Source: Macrostomum lignano (taxonomy: Eukaryota). Taken from it: a stretch of DNA of 64,000 bases. Where the stretch lies: positions 124,001-188,000 of the forward strand of contig NIVC01001403.1 in the NCBI GenBank assembly GCA_002269645.1, given 5' to 3'. Made by a program: the position numbers and the translations under genes. The notes under the pieces were generated by a model. It saw only the letters and a list, made by a program, of their open reading frames with translations. It did no database searches and had not been told where the DNA came from. Position 1 is the first letter of the stretch; each line of letters opens with the position of its first letter. Positions 1-14,086 of the stretch are shown piece after piece.

Positions 1-1440
1 ATCTCCCATTAGATCTTCTCAGTGTCCTTTCCTACAAATGAGATCTCCCATTAGATCTCCTCAGTGTCCTTTCCTACAAATGAGATCTCTCATTAGATCT
101 TCTCAGTGTCCTTTCCTACAAATGAGATCTCCCATTAGATCTTCTCAGTGTCCTTTCCTACAAATGAGATCTCTCATTAGATCTTCTCAGTGTCCTTTCC
201 TACAAATGAGATCTCCCATTAGATCTTCTCAGTGTCCTTTCCTACGAATGAGATCTCCCATTAGATCTTCTCAGTGTCCTTTCCTACAAATGAGATCTCC
301 CATTAAATCTTCTCAGTGTCCTTTCCTACAAATGAGATCTCCCATTAGATCTTCTCAGTGTCCTTTCCTACGAATGAGATCTCCCATTAGACCTTCTCAG
401 TGTCCTTTCCTATAAATGAGATCTCTCATTAGATCTCCTCGGTGTCCTTTCCTACAAATGAGATCTCCCATTAGATCTTCTCAGTGTCCTTTCCTACGAA
501 TGAGATCTCCCATTAGACCTCAGTGTCCTTTCCTATAAATGAGAGATCTCCCATTAGATCTTCTCAGTGTCCTTTCCTACGAATGAGATCTCCCATTAGA
601 CCTTCTCAGTGTCCTTTCCTATAAATGAGATCTCCCATTAGATCTTCTCAGTGTCCTTTCCTACAAATGAGATCTCTCATTAGATCTCCTCAGTGTCCTT
701 TCCTACAAATGAGATCTCCCATTAGATCTTCTCAGTGTCCTTTCCTACAAATGAGATCTCTCATTAGATCTTCTCAGTGTCTTTCCTACAAATGAGATCT
801 CCCATTAGATCTTCTCAGTGTCCTTTCCTACGAATGAGATCTCCCATTAGACCTCAGTGTCCTTTCCTATAAATGAGATCTCCCATTAGATCTTCTCAGT
901 GTCCTTTCTTACAAATGAGATCTCCCATTAGATCTTCTCAGTGTCCTTTCCTACAAATGAGATCTCCCATTAGATCTCCTCAGTGTCCTTTCCTACAAAT
1001 GAGATCTCTCATTAGATCTTCTCAGTGTCCTTTCCTACAAATGAGATCTCCCATTAGATCTCCTCAGTGTCCTTTCCTACAAATGAGATCTCTCATTAGA
1101 TCTTCTCAGTGTCCTTTCCTACAAATGAGATCTCTCATTAGATCTTCTCAGTGTCCTTTCCTACAAATGAGATCTCCCATTAGATCTCCTCAGTGTCCTT
1201 TCCTACAAATGAGATCTCTCATTAGATCTTCTCAGTGTCCTTTCCTACAAATGAGATCTCCCATTAGATCTTCTCAGTGTCCTTTCCTACAAATGAGATC
1301 TCCCATTAGACCTTCTCAGTGTCCTTTCCTACAAATGAGATCTCCCATTAGATCTCCTCGGTGTCCTTTCCTACAAATGAGATCTCTCATTAGATCTTCT
1401 CAGTGTCCTTTCCTACAAATGAGATCTCTCATTAGATATC
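1..1440. repeat. Tandem array, 42-bp unit ATGAGATCTCCCATTAGATCTTCTCAGTGTCCTTTCCTACAA
   Basis: Direct periodicity; truncated by the window start; probably intronic in adducin. Confidence 0.97.
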
Positions 1441-2449
1441 CGAGTGACGTTTCCTAGATACCTAATCTCATGGTGTATCTTCGCTGCTTTCTGTTCTTAG
1501 AAATCACGTCTCATGACTTGCTCTAGTAGTATAGTTTCGAGCTGATTGCTCACCTTCCTTTCTTAGCAGTAGGATCTTAAATTATATTTTTTGGTCTTCT
1601 TTAGTTCCCCACAGGCGTTAGCAATACTACATCAGCTGTAGATACTAAAGGCTAGAGATTGTTTTTATACGACACGTCAGACTGTCTGGGCAGTGCACTC
1701 GAGCTTAGATATCTGAATGCACAGCTAGAGTTTATCTAATTCTAGGCCTTAGCTGAAGGATTTTACAAGCTATAGAACGGATTACAAGGAAAGAGTTATG
1801 AGCTGAACTCGCGGGCACTAGCTAGTGCAATTGCTCATGCTCACATGCAGCAATTGCCTGTCAGTCAGCCAGCTCATTTCTCCTTTCCCCCGCCCTGCCC
1901 CCATAAGTACACGGCCTCTAATAGCTTTTCTTCCCACTCTCCCCGTTTTTGTGCCTATGAATCCCGACTAGCCTTAGTCAGCTGTCTACGCCTCGCGCAT
2001 GAGTCACACCCGATCCGATGCCTCATATTACCCGTAGCTCATATTTTATTTGATTTTTTTCAAAAAAATTTCCTTCGCATCTCTAAGTCACTCGAGAACG
2101 ATAGGAAAGAGGCTTAGCCCTCGCCTAAGCCCTCATGTCTACTTGATCTCCAGACTCCAGTCTTGGCTCTTTAGTTAATTGCCTATCCGATCCAATGTCT
2201 GATGAAATTATGCTAATCTCAAGAATAATTACGGATTGCTTTAGACATTTTTTCTGAGATTTTAATTTTGAAACTCTGCTTATTGGAGTGGCTTAATATC
2301 TCAAACAAATTATGTCAATGTTTTCTGATTTCCCAAAGTTTAAATCAAATATTAGAAACAAGAGACGGCAGTTCAATTATCAAGAGTTCGATCGCAAAGG
2401 GACTATTAAAAATTATTTTAACCAGAAAACCACAATATAAATTAATTTC

Positions 2450-3000
2450 CCAGTCCACTGTCTCAATCTCAAGTCAGTCCCCTGTCTCAATCTCAAGTCA
2501 GTCCCCTGTCTCAATCTCAAGTCAGTCCACTGTCTCAATCTCAAGTCAGTCCCCTGTCTCAATCTTAAGTCAGTCCCCTGTCTCAATCTTAAGTCAGTCC
2601 ACTGTCTCAATCTCAAGTCAGTCCACTGTCTCAATCTTAAGTCAGTCCCCTGTCTCAATCTCAAGTCAGTCCACTGTCTCAATCTCAAGTCAGTCCACTG
2701 TCTCAATCTCAAGTCAGTCCCCTGTCTCAATCTCAAGTCAGTCCCCTGTCTCAATCTCAAGTCAGTCCCCTGTCTCAATCTCAAGTCAGTCCACTGTCTC
2801 AATCTCAAGTCAGTCCCCTGTCTCAATCTCAAGTCAGTCCACTGTCTCAATCTTAAGTCAGTCCACTGTCTCAATCTCAAGTCAGTCCACTGTCTCAATC
2901 TCAAGTCAGTCCACTGTCTCAATCTCAAGTCAGTCCACTGTCTCAATCTCAAGTCAGTCTATTGTCTCAATCTCAATTCAGTCCACCGTCTCAACCTCGC
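2450..3000. repeat. Tandem array, 24-bp unit CAGTCCACTGTCTCAATCTCAAGT
   Basis: Direct periodicity with A/C and C/T variants. Confidence 0.97.
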
Positions 3001-3208
3001 TTAAGTTAGTTAGCAAAAATATCTAAAGATATTGAGACAGTGCACTCATCATGACAAAAAAATTTGTTAACATACGAGTATGGTGTATTGAACTGCGCTT
3101 TAGTGTCACAAATTAGTTAAGCACCCATAAAAAAATGAAAGTATCTTTTTTAAAGATAAACACCCTTTGGTTCCTCCGGTTTTTTACGAGCGCTCACGTC
3201 ATGCTTGG

Positions 3209-3362
3209 GCGCAACCTAGGGATTCACCCGGCCGTTTCTATTGGCAACACACACATGTAAGTCGCTATTGGACGGAATAGTAGTCGTGACTGCTCTCAGC
3301 CAATAGCGACTTACATGTGTGTGTTGCCAATAGAAACGGCCGAGTGATTCCCAAGGTTGCGC
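3209..3362. repeat. Long inverted repeat / hairpin (63-bp arms, 28-nt loop)
   Basis: 3209-3271 is the reverse complement of 3300-3362 with 3 mismatches; the inner 43 bp pair perfectly. Confidence 0.9.
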
Positions 3363-3928
3363 ATGTATGGTTCACGTGCTGTGCTTCAGTCAGCCTCATC
3401 TGCGTCTCTGTTGTCTTCTTTGATTTGGTCCTTGCAAGTTGAACTTTTAAAACGACATTGGACATGAGACTCTGCTTACCCAGACTAACTTTTACTGAAA
3501 TATTGCTTCTGCTTGCGTCCCTCCTGATTGTAGCTCATAAAAAAATTGTTTTTTTTCAATTTCCAACGCTTTCGCAACGCGTTCAATTTGACCTTGACTT
3601 TAATTTCGATACATTTACTTATGAATCAATATAAGCATTCTAAGGGTCTCCGTTTGTGTATTTACGAGTACAAAGAATATTCTATTTGCTTACTTCAAAA
3701 ACCATAATACCGAGAGTATTTTATCAATTTTTTGAGTCGGATATTGTTATTTATTATAGCAAATATTTTCCTGTCCCTATCTGGGGATGTCCACCATCCC
3801 TATCCGAGGATGTCCAGTGTCCTTATCCGAAAATTTCATCTTTCCCAATTCAAAGATGTCTAGTGTCCAAAAACAGTGGTGTCCACTGCCCCTATCCAAG
3901 GATGTCCACCGCCCATATTCCATGACAG

Positions 3929-4125
3929 AGCGACCGGCGGCGTCCTCGCGCGGAGCAGCCGCAGGCGGTGACACCAGCGGCACGGAGGAGGGCGGCGGCG
4001 CCGGCCCGTCGACCTCGGGCGCCGCAGCCGGGTCCTCAGCCGAGAAAAAGAAGAAGAAGGGCTTCCGCATACCCAGCTTCTCCAGCAAGGACAAGGACAA
4101 GGACAAGAAGAAGAAGAAGAAGTAG
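3929..4125 (+). CDS. ADD1: Terminal coding exon of a probable adducin (hts-like) gene, with MARCKS-like basic tail; upstream exons are outside the window or not found
   Basis: GC-rich open frame after CAG (3926-3928) ending EKKKKKGFRIPSFSSKDKDKDKKKKKK-stop (TAG 4123-4125). This resembles the adducin C-terminal KKKKKFRTPSFLKK motif from memory. Only one exon is seen, so the family call rests on this motif. Confidence 0.6.
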
Positions 4126-7100
4126 AGTCCGCCCTGTTATGTTGGAAAAGAAATATTTTAAGGAGCTTTGCTTTTTTAACACTCGCCTAAACTACAAGCA
4201 AATACATTGCTTGTGAAAGTGCAAAAGATTCGAGTTCGCAAACTGATTTGGACCCCGAGCTTGTCAATAGCTCTCATTTACCTATCGTTAATTATTATTT
4301 ACCTGCAATCTGTTATAATATAATTATAATTATTCAACTTTAATCTGCTGTCCCACCGCTAAAATTTGCTTCTTGCTAGCTCGTGAATACTGTTTTCTAC
4401 CAACTGGATCCTGTCAACCTCTTCCGCATCCCATCTCCTGTTTAACTATTGTTTTTGATTTATAGCTTTTTCTATTAGTTAATAGTTTCAATTTAATCCA
4501 ATAGCCGTTAAATGGCATATATTATCGATGCTAATTACTACTTGGACTTTAGTACGAGTTAATTTTGCCTTAATTTCGTATTCAGATCAGAGAATTATAT
4601 AAATTCTGGCGAGAAGCTTCTCATAGTAAAATTCCCTCGCGTTTATTGCAGTTTTCGTGATTCAGGATTATTATAAGTTTAGGCTTTGTGTATCTGTCTA
4701 GGGATTTTTGTTTTATCTAAGCGAGCTTGGACCACCACATACATTAAGGTTGGCCATTGTTGGCTTGGCTTCCCACCCACCCACGACCTGGTGGGTCCCT
4801 GGTGTCGAATATTTATTTATAAGCCGCTTTAGTTCATTGTTAGTATTGCTTGGATTGCTAAAACTCTGTCTCCCAAGGCCAGGGAATATAATAATATAAA
4901 TATGAAACTTAAAACTGCTTTTACGTTTGGGAATTGGCAAGCCGTGACACAGCCCTTGGTTGGCCCTCCCTGTCGATCGACCCTCCAGCCAAACCATGGC
5001 CTGTTGTGCGGTGTATATATGTATGTATTGGCCTGGATCCCGTTCGGCGTTGCAGCACTGCACTAACAGATACTAGCGCTGCATGTCAGTGTCCTGAAGC
5101 CTGGGGTAGGGGAAGGAATCGCGAAGGGGGATGGGATAGGAAGACCGACGCTGCCACGTCCCGGCAACCAAAAAAGGCCACCAACCCCTTGATTTCGATT
5201 CCCGCTGCTTTTAAAAAGTTGTAGCTAGGCTGTAGCGGAGGCAGAGAGAAATATGGAATAATAATATATCTAGAGAAAAAAGATCTGATCAAAACTGTAG
5301 ACCGCGGAAGAAAAAAGTACAGATCCGATCGTGCAGTTCTCGTGTTTTGGCGGGGAGCCACGTCACCCTTCTCTGTTATTAATGCGCAGTGTGCGCTTTC
5401 ACGGCCTTCCTCTCCGCTTTCTTTCCACACTCAAATTCTCTCCGTTTTCCAGCCCCAGCCCCGTCATGGGGAGTTGACGTAGTTGTGTACATTCTAGCTT
5501 TTTATCAGGCTGTACGTTGCCCTTCGTACCCCGCCCTCTGATTTGGGGTGGGTGACCACGCGCTCGTGTCGGATAGCCTTTATAATGTTATTGATTTTTG
5601 GGGGAGAGAGGGCCAGGGGCAGTCGCCCAGACCCAGACCTTCCCTTACCCCCCCAAGCCTTGTCAACTATTTTTTGGTGCAAACTTCCTATTAACTTACT
5701 CCAGTCCCAACTACCTACTGGACAGTAGCAAGTATTGAAAGCTTTAGCTAAACTTATGGTTTTCCAGACTGCTATAACGTCTTCTTAACCACTGCCTTTC
5801 TGTGTGAAATATAATTAGAATTTGAGCGGCCTAATTACTAGTGTTAGCGTTTGTTTCATTCGTACTAAAAAGCCCCATCCAACAATCCAAGTTGTGTTCG
5901 ATCTTTGCACTAACTTACTCGAAATCACGCGCCTGTCATTTTCGTTTCTAACGAGGGTAATATAGTACTGCTTCTGCGCCGATAAGCACGTCAGAATTTC
6001 CGTTTACAAAGGCCTAATTTTATAATGCCTTTATATGCTATCAATTCGGTTCAAGTGTGACTCGAGCACTGAGGCAGATCGCCTAAAAATGTTTTTTTTT
6101 ATTTTAAGTGTTCGAAAAGATGCTAAACAAGCATCCAGGATTGCCTAAGTATTTTCGAATGTGTTTTTAGGTTTAAAAAAGCAAAAAAACAACTATAGAC
6201 ACTTTTACTGGCTCTGATTCTGTTTCGACTTAAAAAAACCGGAGTATTAAGTTTTTTGCTTATTATGTATGCTTCGCTTCTCCGTTCATAAATTATTACA
6301 AGTATGATTTAGTAATTTTCTATTCATAATTCCACTGCTTTCTGTTGGATAAGTGATTATTAAATTCTTTAGTAACAACAGCACTGAGTAATATAATCTT
6401 TGCTTTGGCTAAGCCTACTCAGATCCTTTCGCTTCCTGTTTTTTATTCACTAACCAAGAAGACCAAAATGTGAAAGCAGGACTCCTGCATAGTTTATATT
6501 ATAATGCAGTTTTATATTCACCTGCTATTTGCTTAGTTCAGCGCTGCTTTAGGCTTTATAAATTTATGTTTAGCTCATGTGCGTTTTGCTCATCAATGTC
6601 ATTGTTGTTATTTCCAATCGTGTACTTTAATTATGTGTTCAATTAAATCAGTATCAAGTTTTTAAAAGTCTGAAATTGAAATTGAAACCAAAAAATGGCT
6701 CCGGTTTAGCTCTAAATCTGTTATTAACAATTAGCAACACTTGGATGATTGCAGCAGCTGCCAGTTATATTTGTTTAATTTGGCAAGTTGTCCCCTATGT
6801 TTTGCTTATTCTCTAAGTTTGAAATTAGAAGCATCTGCTCCAACCTTTGCATACTTTTCACCGGTTAATAATCAGTGCAGCAGTAACCTTTGATGTCTGC
6901 GAGCCTTGTTAACTTATTAATCTACTTGATTAATTATGTTTAGTTTTGCTTATCTTTTTTTCTTGAAGACTGGCTATAAATCAATAGATCACTCCCATGT
7001 TTTTTTCACTAATAAGCAAATCCTATTGCCTCGAGTTAACTGTTTTGTCAGCTTGCGCGCCTTCAAATCTTTTTTATTGTTTTTTTTTTCTTCCGCGCAA

Positions 7101-7811
7101 CCTTGCCGCAGAAGTTAATCGGACAGTTGGTTTGAGTTCCTTCTAATATTGCCCCCTCCCCCTTATATGTACTCGTATTGATCCCAACGCTTAGGACGCA
7201 TATATACAACACGCAGTTCATGTTAACCCCAACTTTTTCTATGCTAACATGCTTAGTCCCCGACTCCATACAGCTTACTGCTCCCTGCAAATACTGAAAT
7301 CTATTTCTCACATATATTATTATTATTATTATTATTATTAATATTATAAAATTAAGAAACATTTGGCGCAAATTTTGCTTTGAAGTAGGCGAGACAAACT
7401 TCAGAAATTGTTTGACTTGGTCTTGATTATTTTATTCATTTTTGCTTTCCGAATACTACTCGTGTTGTTCAGTAGTCTAAGTCGGTTGTTCGCAGTAATT
7501 TATTTGTAGTATGCTTTAAATCAGCTTCAATGGGGAAATCCCTTTTCTCTCTTCTTGTCCGTCGTTTCTCTGTTTGAAGTTTCCACAGCAAATAAACACT
7601 GTACGATAAAGTACGAGCGCTAGTGTATAATCGCTTATACTGTACCGGTATCTATGAGCGAATTGCTATTCCCCTTTTCTTCACCGCAACGGGCGTGGCC
7701 TTCCCATTCTAAGGGCGGGGTTTTGTCGGGATCTGGGAGGGAGAAAAGAATCAATAACTTTCTTTCCCTCCTACTGCGTACATTTTCCTCAAGCATCTTT
7801 CTCCTCTGCAG

Positions 7812-8309
7812 TGTAAGAAGCTCCCGACCACTGAAAACTTATCGATCTGGGTGAGTATGGAGAAGGAAATGCCTGCATCGACTAGGGAGGTAGGGATCTT
7901 GCTTTGGGCTTGGGCTGGGACTTGAGAGGTTGGGAATTAGGATGAATGGAGCGCCTCTTCTGCTGCTGCAGAAGCAACTACCTGCCGCTCCCTGGGTCTC
8001 GGCCAGCAAAAGCATCTTTATGCTGCTGCTACTCTCCTTTTCTTCCGTAATTCTTTGCTTGCCTCCTGCTTTTTTAGCTTGCTTTCTGTTAATCTGTTTA
8101 GAAGCAACCGACGCGCAACCATACAAGAATATTTTCTCTTTGTTTCCTTGCACGACTTTGAAGAAGCCATTTCTGTGTGATGTCTTTCTTTTTCAGCGGT
8201 GCCAATATGAACGAGATATCCAAGGCGGTTTATTCAATTCCTCCTAGATGGATTCTACCTATCCGCTAAATAGCCAGTCTCGGAACTGTCAGGCTCAGAA
8301 AGCCAAACG
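7812..8309 (+). other. Candidate small plus-strand exons (7812-7850; 8197-8309) of an unassigned transcript
   Basis: Acceptor/donor pairs ctctgcag|...|gtgagt and tttttcag|...|gtaaga. The second has stops in all three frames upstream of an ATG at 8248, so it would be a UTR/start exon or non-coding. Confidence 0.3.
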
Positions 8310-11300
8310 GTAAGATTTTGATTTTAAATTCATTTGTTTATTTCATAAGTTGATTATGAATTTAGCCTTCTGTCTTATCAAATTCGAATACCTTACCATC
8401 TTTCTCTGTGCAAGAAATATTGATGAACTAACTTTATCATCAGCTAGTTTATCAGCTGCATCCTGACGCCAGAGGGCCATGCAGCTAAGTGAAGTAAATC
8501 AGTTTACCACCTTATCCGGATATTTTGCAGAAATATTGAATTGGCACTCGTAATGTTTATGGTTATTTACGTAACATGGATTAGTCAGTTACTTTGATTA
8601 TTATCTTTAATTTTGCCAATTGCAATGCTAAATTTGCATCGATTGTTTGAATTTGCATAGGCTATGCGCTAATTGCTAATACCTTTCCGTTATCTATGGA
8701 CAGTATGGTGACGTGGGTTGATATTCCTGTCACGGTTGTCATTCATATTATATTGTGTAGTCCCTCCACTCGTATTTCAATATGCGATTTAAGTTATTCA
8801 ACCCATTTATCATATAGAATGAGTGGTCGACTGGTCGCCTCCATTCGCCTGTTTAGATAAGTTTATATTTTCAGTTAAATATTAAAAGGCTTTAGTTTGG
8901 GCGTGGCGTGCGTGGCTGGCTGGCTAAGGGTTCGCAGAACGGCTGAATCACTCCAGTCTGTGCCCGCCGCCACCCGCGCTCCTAGACCCTTCACCCCACC
9001 CACCCCCTCTGCCCGTTCAATTGGAGTCGCGTGCCCCGTTGTGCTGGCACTGGCGGCTTAGTTGTATTCGTAAGCCCCAACCCCCGTCCCCACCACCCCA
9101 CTGACTGGGCCTTCTGCTGCAAAATTGCTTTGGGCCGCTTATATACGGCTATATGCGTGTGTTATGGACGATTTCCTGATTCGCATGCGGTCTTGGACAA
9201 TGGTTTCATAACTCATAAAAATTGTTTTCATTATTCATTACTCTCCCGTAACCCGTTGCGTACGTGTACATGACGTTAAGTAGTTTTCGTTACTTTTCTA
9301 ATCTTGCGTTGCTCTGTATGAATGTAGAGTGTCTGTGCAGATTAGCCAGTTTTCTTATCGGTTATATTGTCCTTTATATCTATCTATCTAGCTTTAAAAG
9401 AACATTTTTGGAAACTAAAAGTAGTTTTAAACGTTTAAGATTTAATCATTTTTCTAGGATTCAGTTCTTCGAAATTCGAGATTTAATTAATAGATAGTTC
9501 AGTGGGAAAACAACTGAACTTGTCGTTTATTCCACTCCTAGGCCCTAGCCCAATGAGTTTTCGATTCTATTGCAATAGTATACTCGGCAACATTTGACGA
9601 CCACCACCCTAGAGCTTTGGCAGAGCGATTGACTTCAGCTCACTTACACAGCAATGACGTGCGGTTTTTCCACTTTCGACTCAAAGTCTACTGCCAGCCA
9701 TTTTTGATTCATTCGATTTCGACCTAATAGGGATAATTGAGCCGTTCAGTCATTTTAAAGTTGCCTTAGTTTGCCACTTCACGCTATTTTGGTTGATTTA
9801 GTCCCGACCCGACATCCAACCAACCTTCAACCCCGCCGTTTAGCTCACTGTACATGGCCGGGCGCTGATAGCGGAGCTGTTTGTGCGTTCAGTCACTTCA
9901 GTGTACAAGTACAATGTACATCCACAACCCCGGGGAAGCGTTGACGGCCCCAACAAGTTTTGGCTAGCTATAAGGCAGAAAGAAGTCTTCACGCCTTTCT
10001 ATCGGGTGCACATTGGATTATTTCTCTATCCCTCCCAAGCCCTAGAAGAAGAATCTAGCGTTCATGTCACAACACAGGACACTCGCTCTCTCATGTATTC
10101 TCTGTCCTAGCCTGCCTCAACCTAGAGGATGGCGTAGATCTGTAGCTATGGCGACAGCATTGATTCCCCCAAAAGAGGACAGAGAGAGCGTGAGTGTGCG
10201 CCTCTTGGCCTTCACATTTTTGGAAACATTTTACTGCACGATCGCTTCTCAGTGAGTCAGTACAGTCCTTCTGCAGGCAGCTGCCGGTCTGGCTAGAACT
10301 AGAAGCTAATCCCGCACACTGCTGCCGCCCACCCCATTCCTGTATTGCTTTCCTTTCCTAACCCGACCAAACCTAAACCTCAGTGCATTTGTATCGCCCA
10401 GTCCTTCTTGTCTCCTGAATGGCAAACAACCAACCTCATCCCCGTGCACCCGCCCGCACCACGGCCTCGCCCTTGGCGTTATTTTAACTTGCGAAAAGAT
10501 CAAAACTAACCCTCTCTCCCCTCCCCCCTCTCCCTTACCAATGCGCCTTTCTCTTCAATTTGCGGCTGACTATCTCTTTAGTCTGTATCTACACATCTAG
10601 ACACCGTGCCCAACTGCCGCAGCTGTTTGCACCTCTCCCCCTTACTGTTCCAACCTCAATTCGCGCACACCTGGCCTTACCAAATTTGTTATATATAAGC
10701 AGAGCCTTAGTCCGAATCTAAGCCGCCGTCGTTCCTCCTAAGTCTACCTTTTTATTTATTATATCACAATACGCCTATTTACTATTATTTCCTGCAAAGC
10801 AGATCGCTCGTTTGGATTTCCAGCTCAGCTTACCAACCGGGACATCCGTCCAATTTGATTCGAAGCAAGTAATTTCCTTAATTTTTGTGAGTTAATTCAG
10901 TAGCTAGCTAGGTGACTAGAATATTTTTATACGCATCAAGGTCTCTTTAGTGAGTAAGTCGACCCTCTTTGTACTGGAAAATCTTGCCTCCTCCATTTGC
11001 CCAACTTTAAATAAGCGTGCTACTCTTATATCAATTTTCCTCATGACTCGTTCCACTACCCGCCTCCCAGACCACAGTCGTCTCGTCTCCATAAAGAGGA
11101 AGCGAGAGGACTGTGGCTGTGGCGTCGGGAATTAGAGGAAAAGAGTCAGGGACCTCGTTTCCTTCCCCAGTCCCCCAGTCCCATTCCCATTCCATTAGAA
11201 GTTCCCATTGCATTTGCTAGGATTTTGCCATATGAGAGGAGGGTTGAGTGTAGAGCAATGAGGTTTGAACAAGGGCTTGCCCGTGACTCACCCTCCCTCC

Positions 11301-13144
11301 CCCCAAGGGGTAAGACTGGAAACCCCGCGCAGACTGTACATTCCGCCTCTCCCCCCTGCCCCCTCCTCTTTCCGTCCCTTATCAAAATATAAATGTTAAG
11401 ACGAGTCACCCATTTCAGGTCCCCCCATTCCCACACCCCGGCCTTAACTAACCCCCTCCCTCTCCGTCTCGCGCACACCAAACCCAACAAAGCCCGCCGG
11501 TAAAACCTTACAAGATATGCATCTGCTGAACCGGCGCTTGTTTTTGACCAGCTTTTTCCGCACATCGTGTAGTTTATTTTCGTTAGTAAATTAGTTTTAT
11601 TGTAACTTTTTAATACGATATTTAATTGTGGTAAGTTAATTTTGCTTGATTGTTTTTTTTATTTTCAAAAGATTTGAAAATTTAGAAATCGGACAATAAA
11701 TAATATAGTAATTAACAATACCAAAATGATAATAACCAACAGCTTCCAACTCCGAGACCAGTATGTGCATTTGCAGTGTGCTGTTGCATTCGTCTAACTT
11801 GATGATCAATTAATTGCCTTTCGGCCAGGCCCCTTTATCCATTCCAACTCGGACTGGAAGGTGTGTTTAGCCCAAGCGCGATTTTGTAAATGCATATTCT
11901 GGCTCAGATCTGGCCGCTTTAATCGACTTGAAAGAACACGCTTTACTTTACACTGAGCTGCCGCACGACATGGCAAGCTGTTGTTAATTTACTCGCTTAT
12001 TCTTGTACGGACCATCGAGTGTGCATTTATGCTACGCGAGCGCGTCACAACACTTTCGACTGACTGTTGATTGAAACTTCTGTCATTGTGTTGTAAATTT
12101 TGTTGTTTTTTCAACAAAAAGACGAGCGGTCTGTTTTAAGCAAATGCATACTCTGGCCCGTACGCGAAGCGACTGTTCGACTTTAAGTTGCTCCCCGAAA
12201 TTCACCCCCAGTTTGTGTTGTGTATACCTGCTTGTTTGCCCGACCTTCGGTGGGTACCAGAGACTGCAGTTTGTGCCGAGATTAACAACTTCAACTGCTG
12301 AATTCGACCGCCTAAATGCATTCTCTGGCCCATCGGGTCACTCGAGGCTTGATCGACTGCCCCTTCCCATTCGATTTGTTTCTTACTCTCCCTATCCCAA
12401 TTTTCCCCAACTATCGCAAAGCAAAAGATTATTGCCTGCGTACTGGCTTGTGCATTTCTACCGAGTCTAAGTTTGGCTTGCCAAGTATAAATGCATGATC
12501 TGGTATGTAAACCATAATCTGAGCGCGTCCGTGATGTGTCTTTGCCATTGTTTTAACAATAATTGCGGTATGAGATCGAAACATATTAAAATATAATTTC
12601 AAGTCGCTCTTCATACTTTTAACACTTTGTTCTGTCATCTTTATTATTTAATCAATTGATTCGAAAAACTTGCTTGTATTTATGATATTATAAGAGTGAC
12701 TAAATAAAGATTAGCAGCTGACAGCTACTTGAAAGAGACCAATTGTTATGACTACTAAATCTCTTAATTTATCTAATCAATTATAATTATCAATACGCTC
12801 GTACATCGGGTCTAGAGTAAAGAAACTGTTAAACTCAAAGAGCAACATTTCGCATTAACACGTGCTCTGCAAAATTGAAAAAGCAGCTCCGATATCTGGA
12901 AAATAAGTCCGTTTAAATGGTGTCCGTGTCAGATTTCGACTGAAGTCCCGTCAGATGACGCTAAATCTCAGCAGCAGGTGTTACTTGCACACCGTTTTCA
13001 CTGGTTCGTCGCACACTTTTGTCGTGGTGGTGTACACGCGCTGAAGTTGGTTTAGCGAACAAATTGAATCTGATAGATTTTGTGTCTCAAAATTGACAGT
13101 TCGTTGCTGAAAATACATTTATGACAGACGCCTTGTTACTTCGG

Positions 13145-14020
13145 GCTGCCATTCCTGTCCCCCCCGTCCTTCAAGCTGACATGCCTGTTCCCCCGGTCCT
13201 TCAAGCTGGCATGCCTGTTCCCCCCGGTCCTTCAAGCTGCCATGCCTGTTCCCCCCGGTCCTTCAAGCTGGCATTCCTGTTCCCCCCGGTCCTTCAAGCT
13301 GGCATGCCTGTTCCCCCGGTCCTTCAAGCTGGCATGCCTGTTCCCCCGGTCCTTCAAGCTGGCATGCCTGTTCCCCCGGTCCTTCAAGCTGGCATGCCTG
13401 TTCCCCCGGTCCTTCAAGCTGCCATTCCTGTCCCCCCCGTCCTTCAAGCTGACATGCCTGTTCCCCCGGTCCTTCAAGCTGGCATGCCTGTTCCCCCGGT
13501 CCTTCAAGCTGGCATTCCTGTTCCCCCGGTCCTTCAAGCTGGCATGCCTGTTCCCCCCCGGTCCTTCAAGCTGGCATTCCTGTTCCCCCCCGGTCCTTCA
13601 AGCTGGCATGCCTGTTCCCTCCGGTCCTTCAAGCTGACATGCCTGTTCCCCCCGTCCTTCAAGCTGGCATTCCTGTCCCCCCCGTCCTTCAGGCTGTCAT
13701 GACTGTTCCCCCGGTCATTCAAGCTGGCATTCCTGTTCCCCCGGTCCTTCAAGCTGGCATTCCTGTCCCCCCCGTCCTTCAAGCTGGCATTCCTGTTCCC
13801 CCCGGTCCTTCAAGCTGGCATTCCTGTTCCCCCCGGTCCTTCAAGCTGGCATGCCTGTTCCCTCCGGTCCTTCAAGCTGGCATGCCTGTTCCCCCCGGTC
13901 CTTCAAGCTGCCATGCCTGTTCCCCCCGGTCCTTCAAGCTGCCATGCCTGTTCCCCCCGGTCATTCAAGCTGGCATGCCTGTTCCCCCCGGTCATTCAAG
14001 CTGGCATTCCTGTTCCCCTG
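13145..14020. repeat. Tandem array, 30-32-bp unit GCATGCCTGTTCCCCCGGTCCTTCAAGCTG with variable C-run
   Basis: Direct periodicity. Confidence 0.95.
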
Positions 14021-14086
14021 TTCTTTCAGACATGGCTATCTTCATTTAGTTTAGACTTAGATTTCACTAATCACTTTATAAAGATT

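Noticed and set aside
1615-1655. Possible small adducin alternative exon (VSNTTSAVDTKG-stop) after ccccacag
   Set aside because: Only an acceptor-like site and a short frame; too weak to call.
7930-8247. ORF resembling a signal peptide (MLLLLSF...LEATDA-QP)
   Set aside because: The hydrophobicity follows from pyrimidine-rich, intron-like DNA ending in an acceptor; no other support.
13145-14020. Variable C-run length as programmed frameshifting or phase variation
   Set aside because: The array is non-coding, and homopolymer variation is expected from slippage or long-read error.
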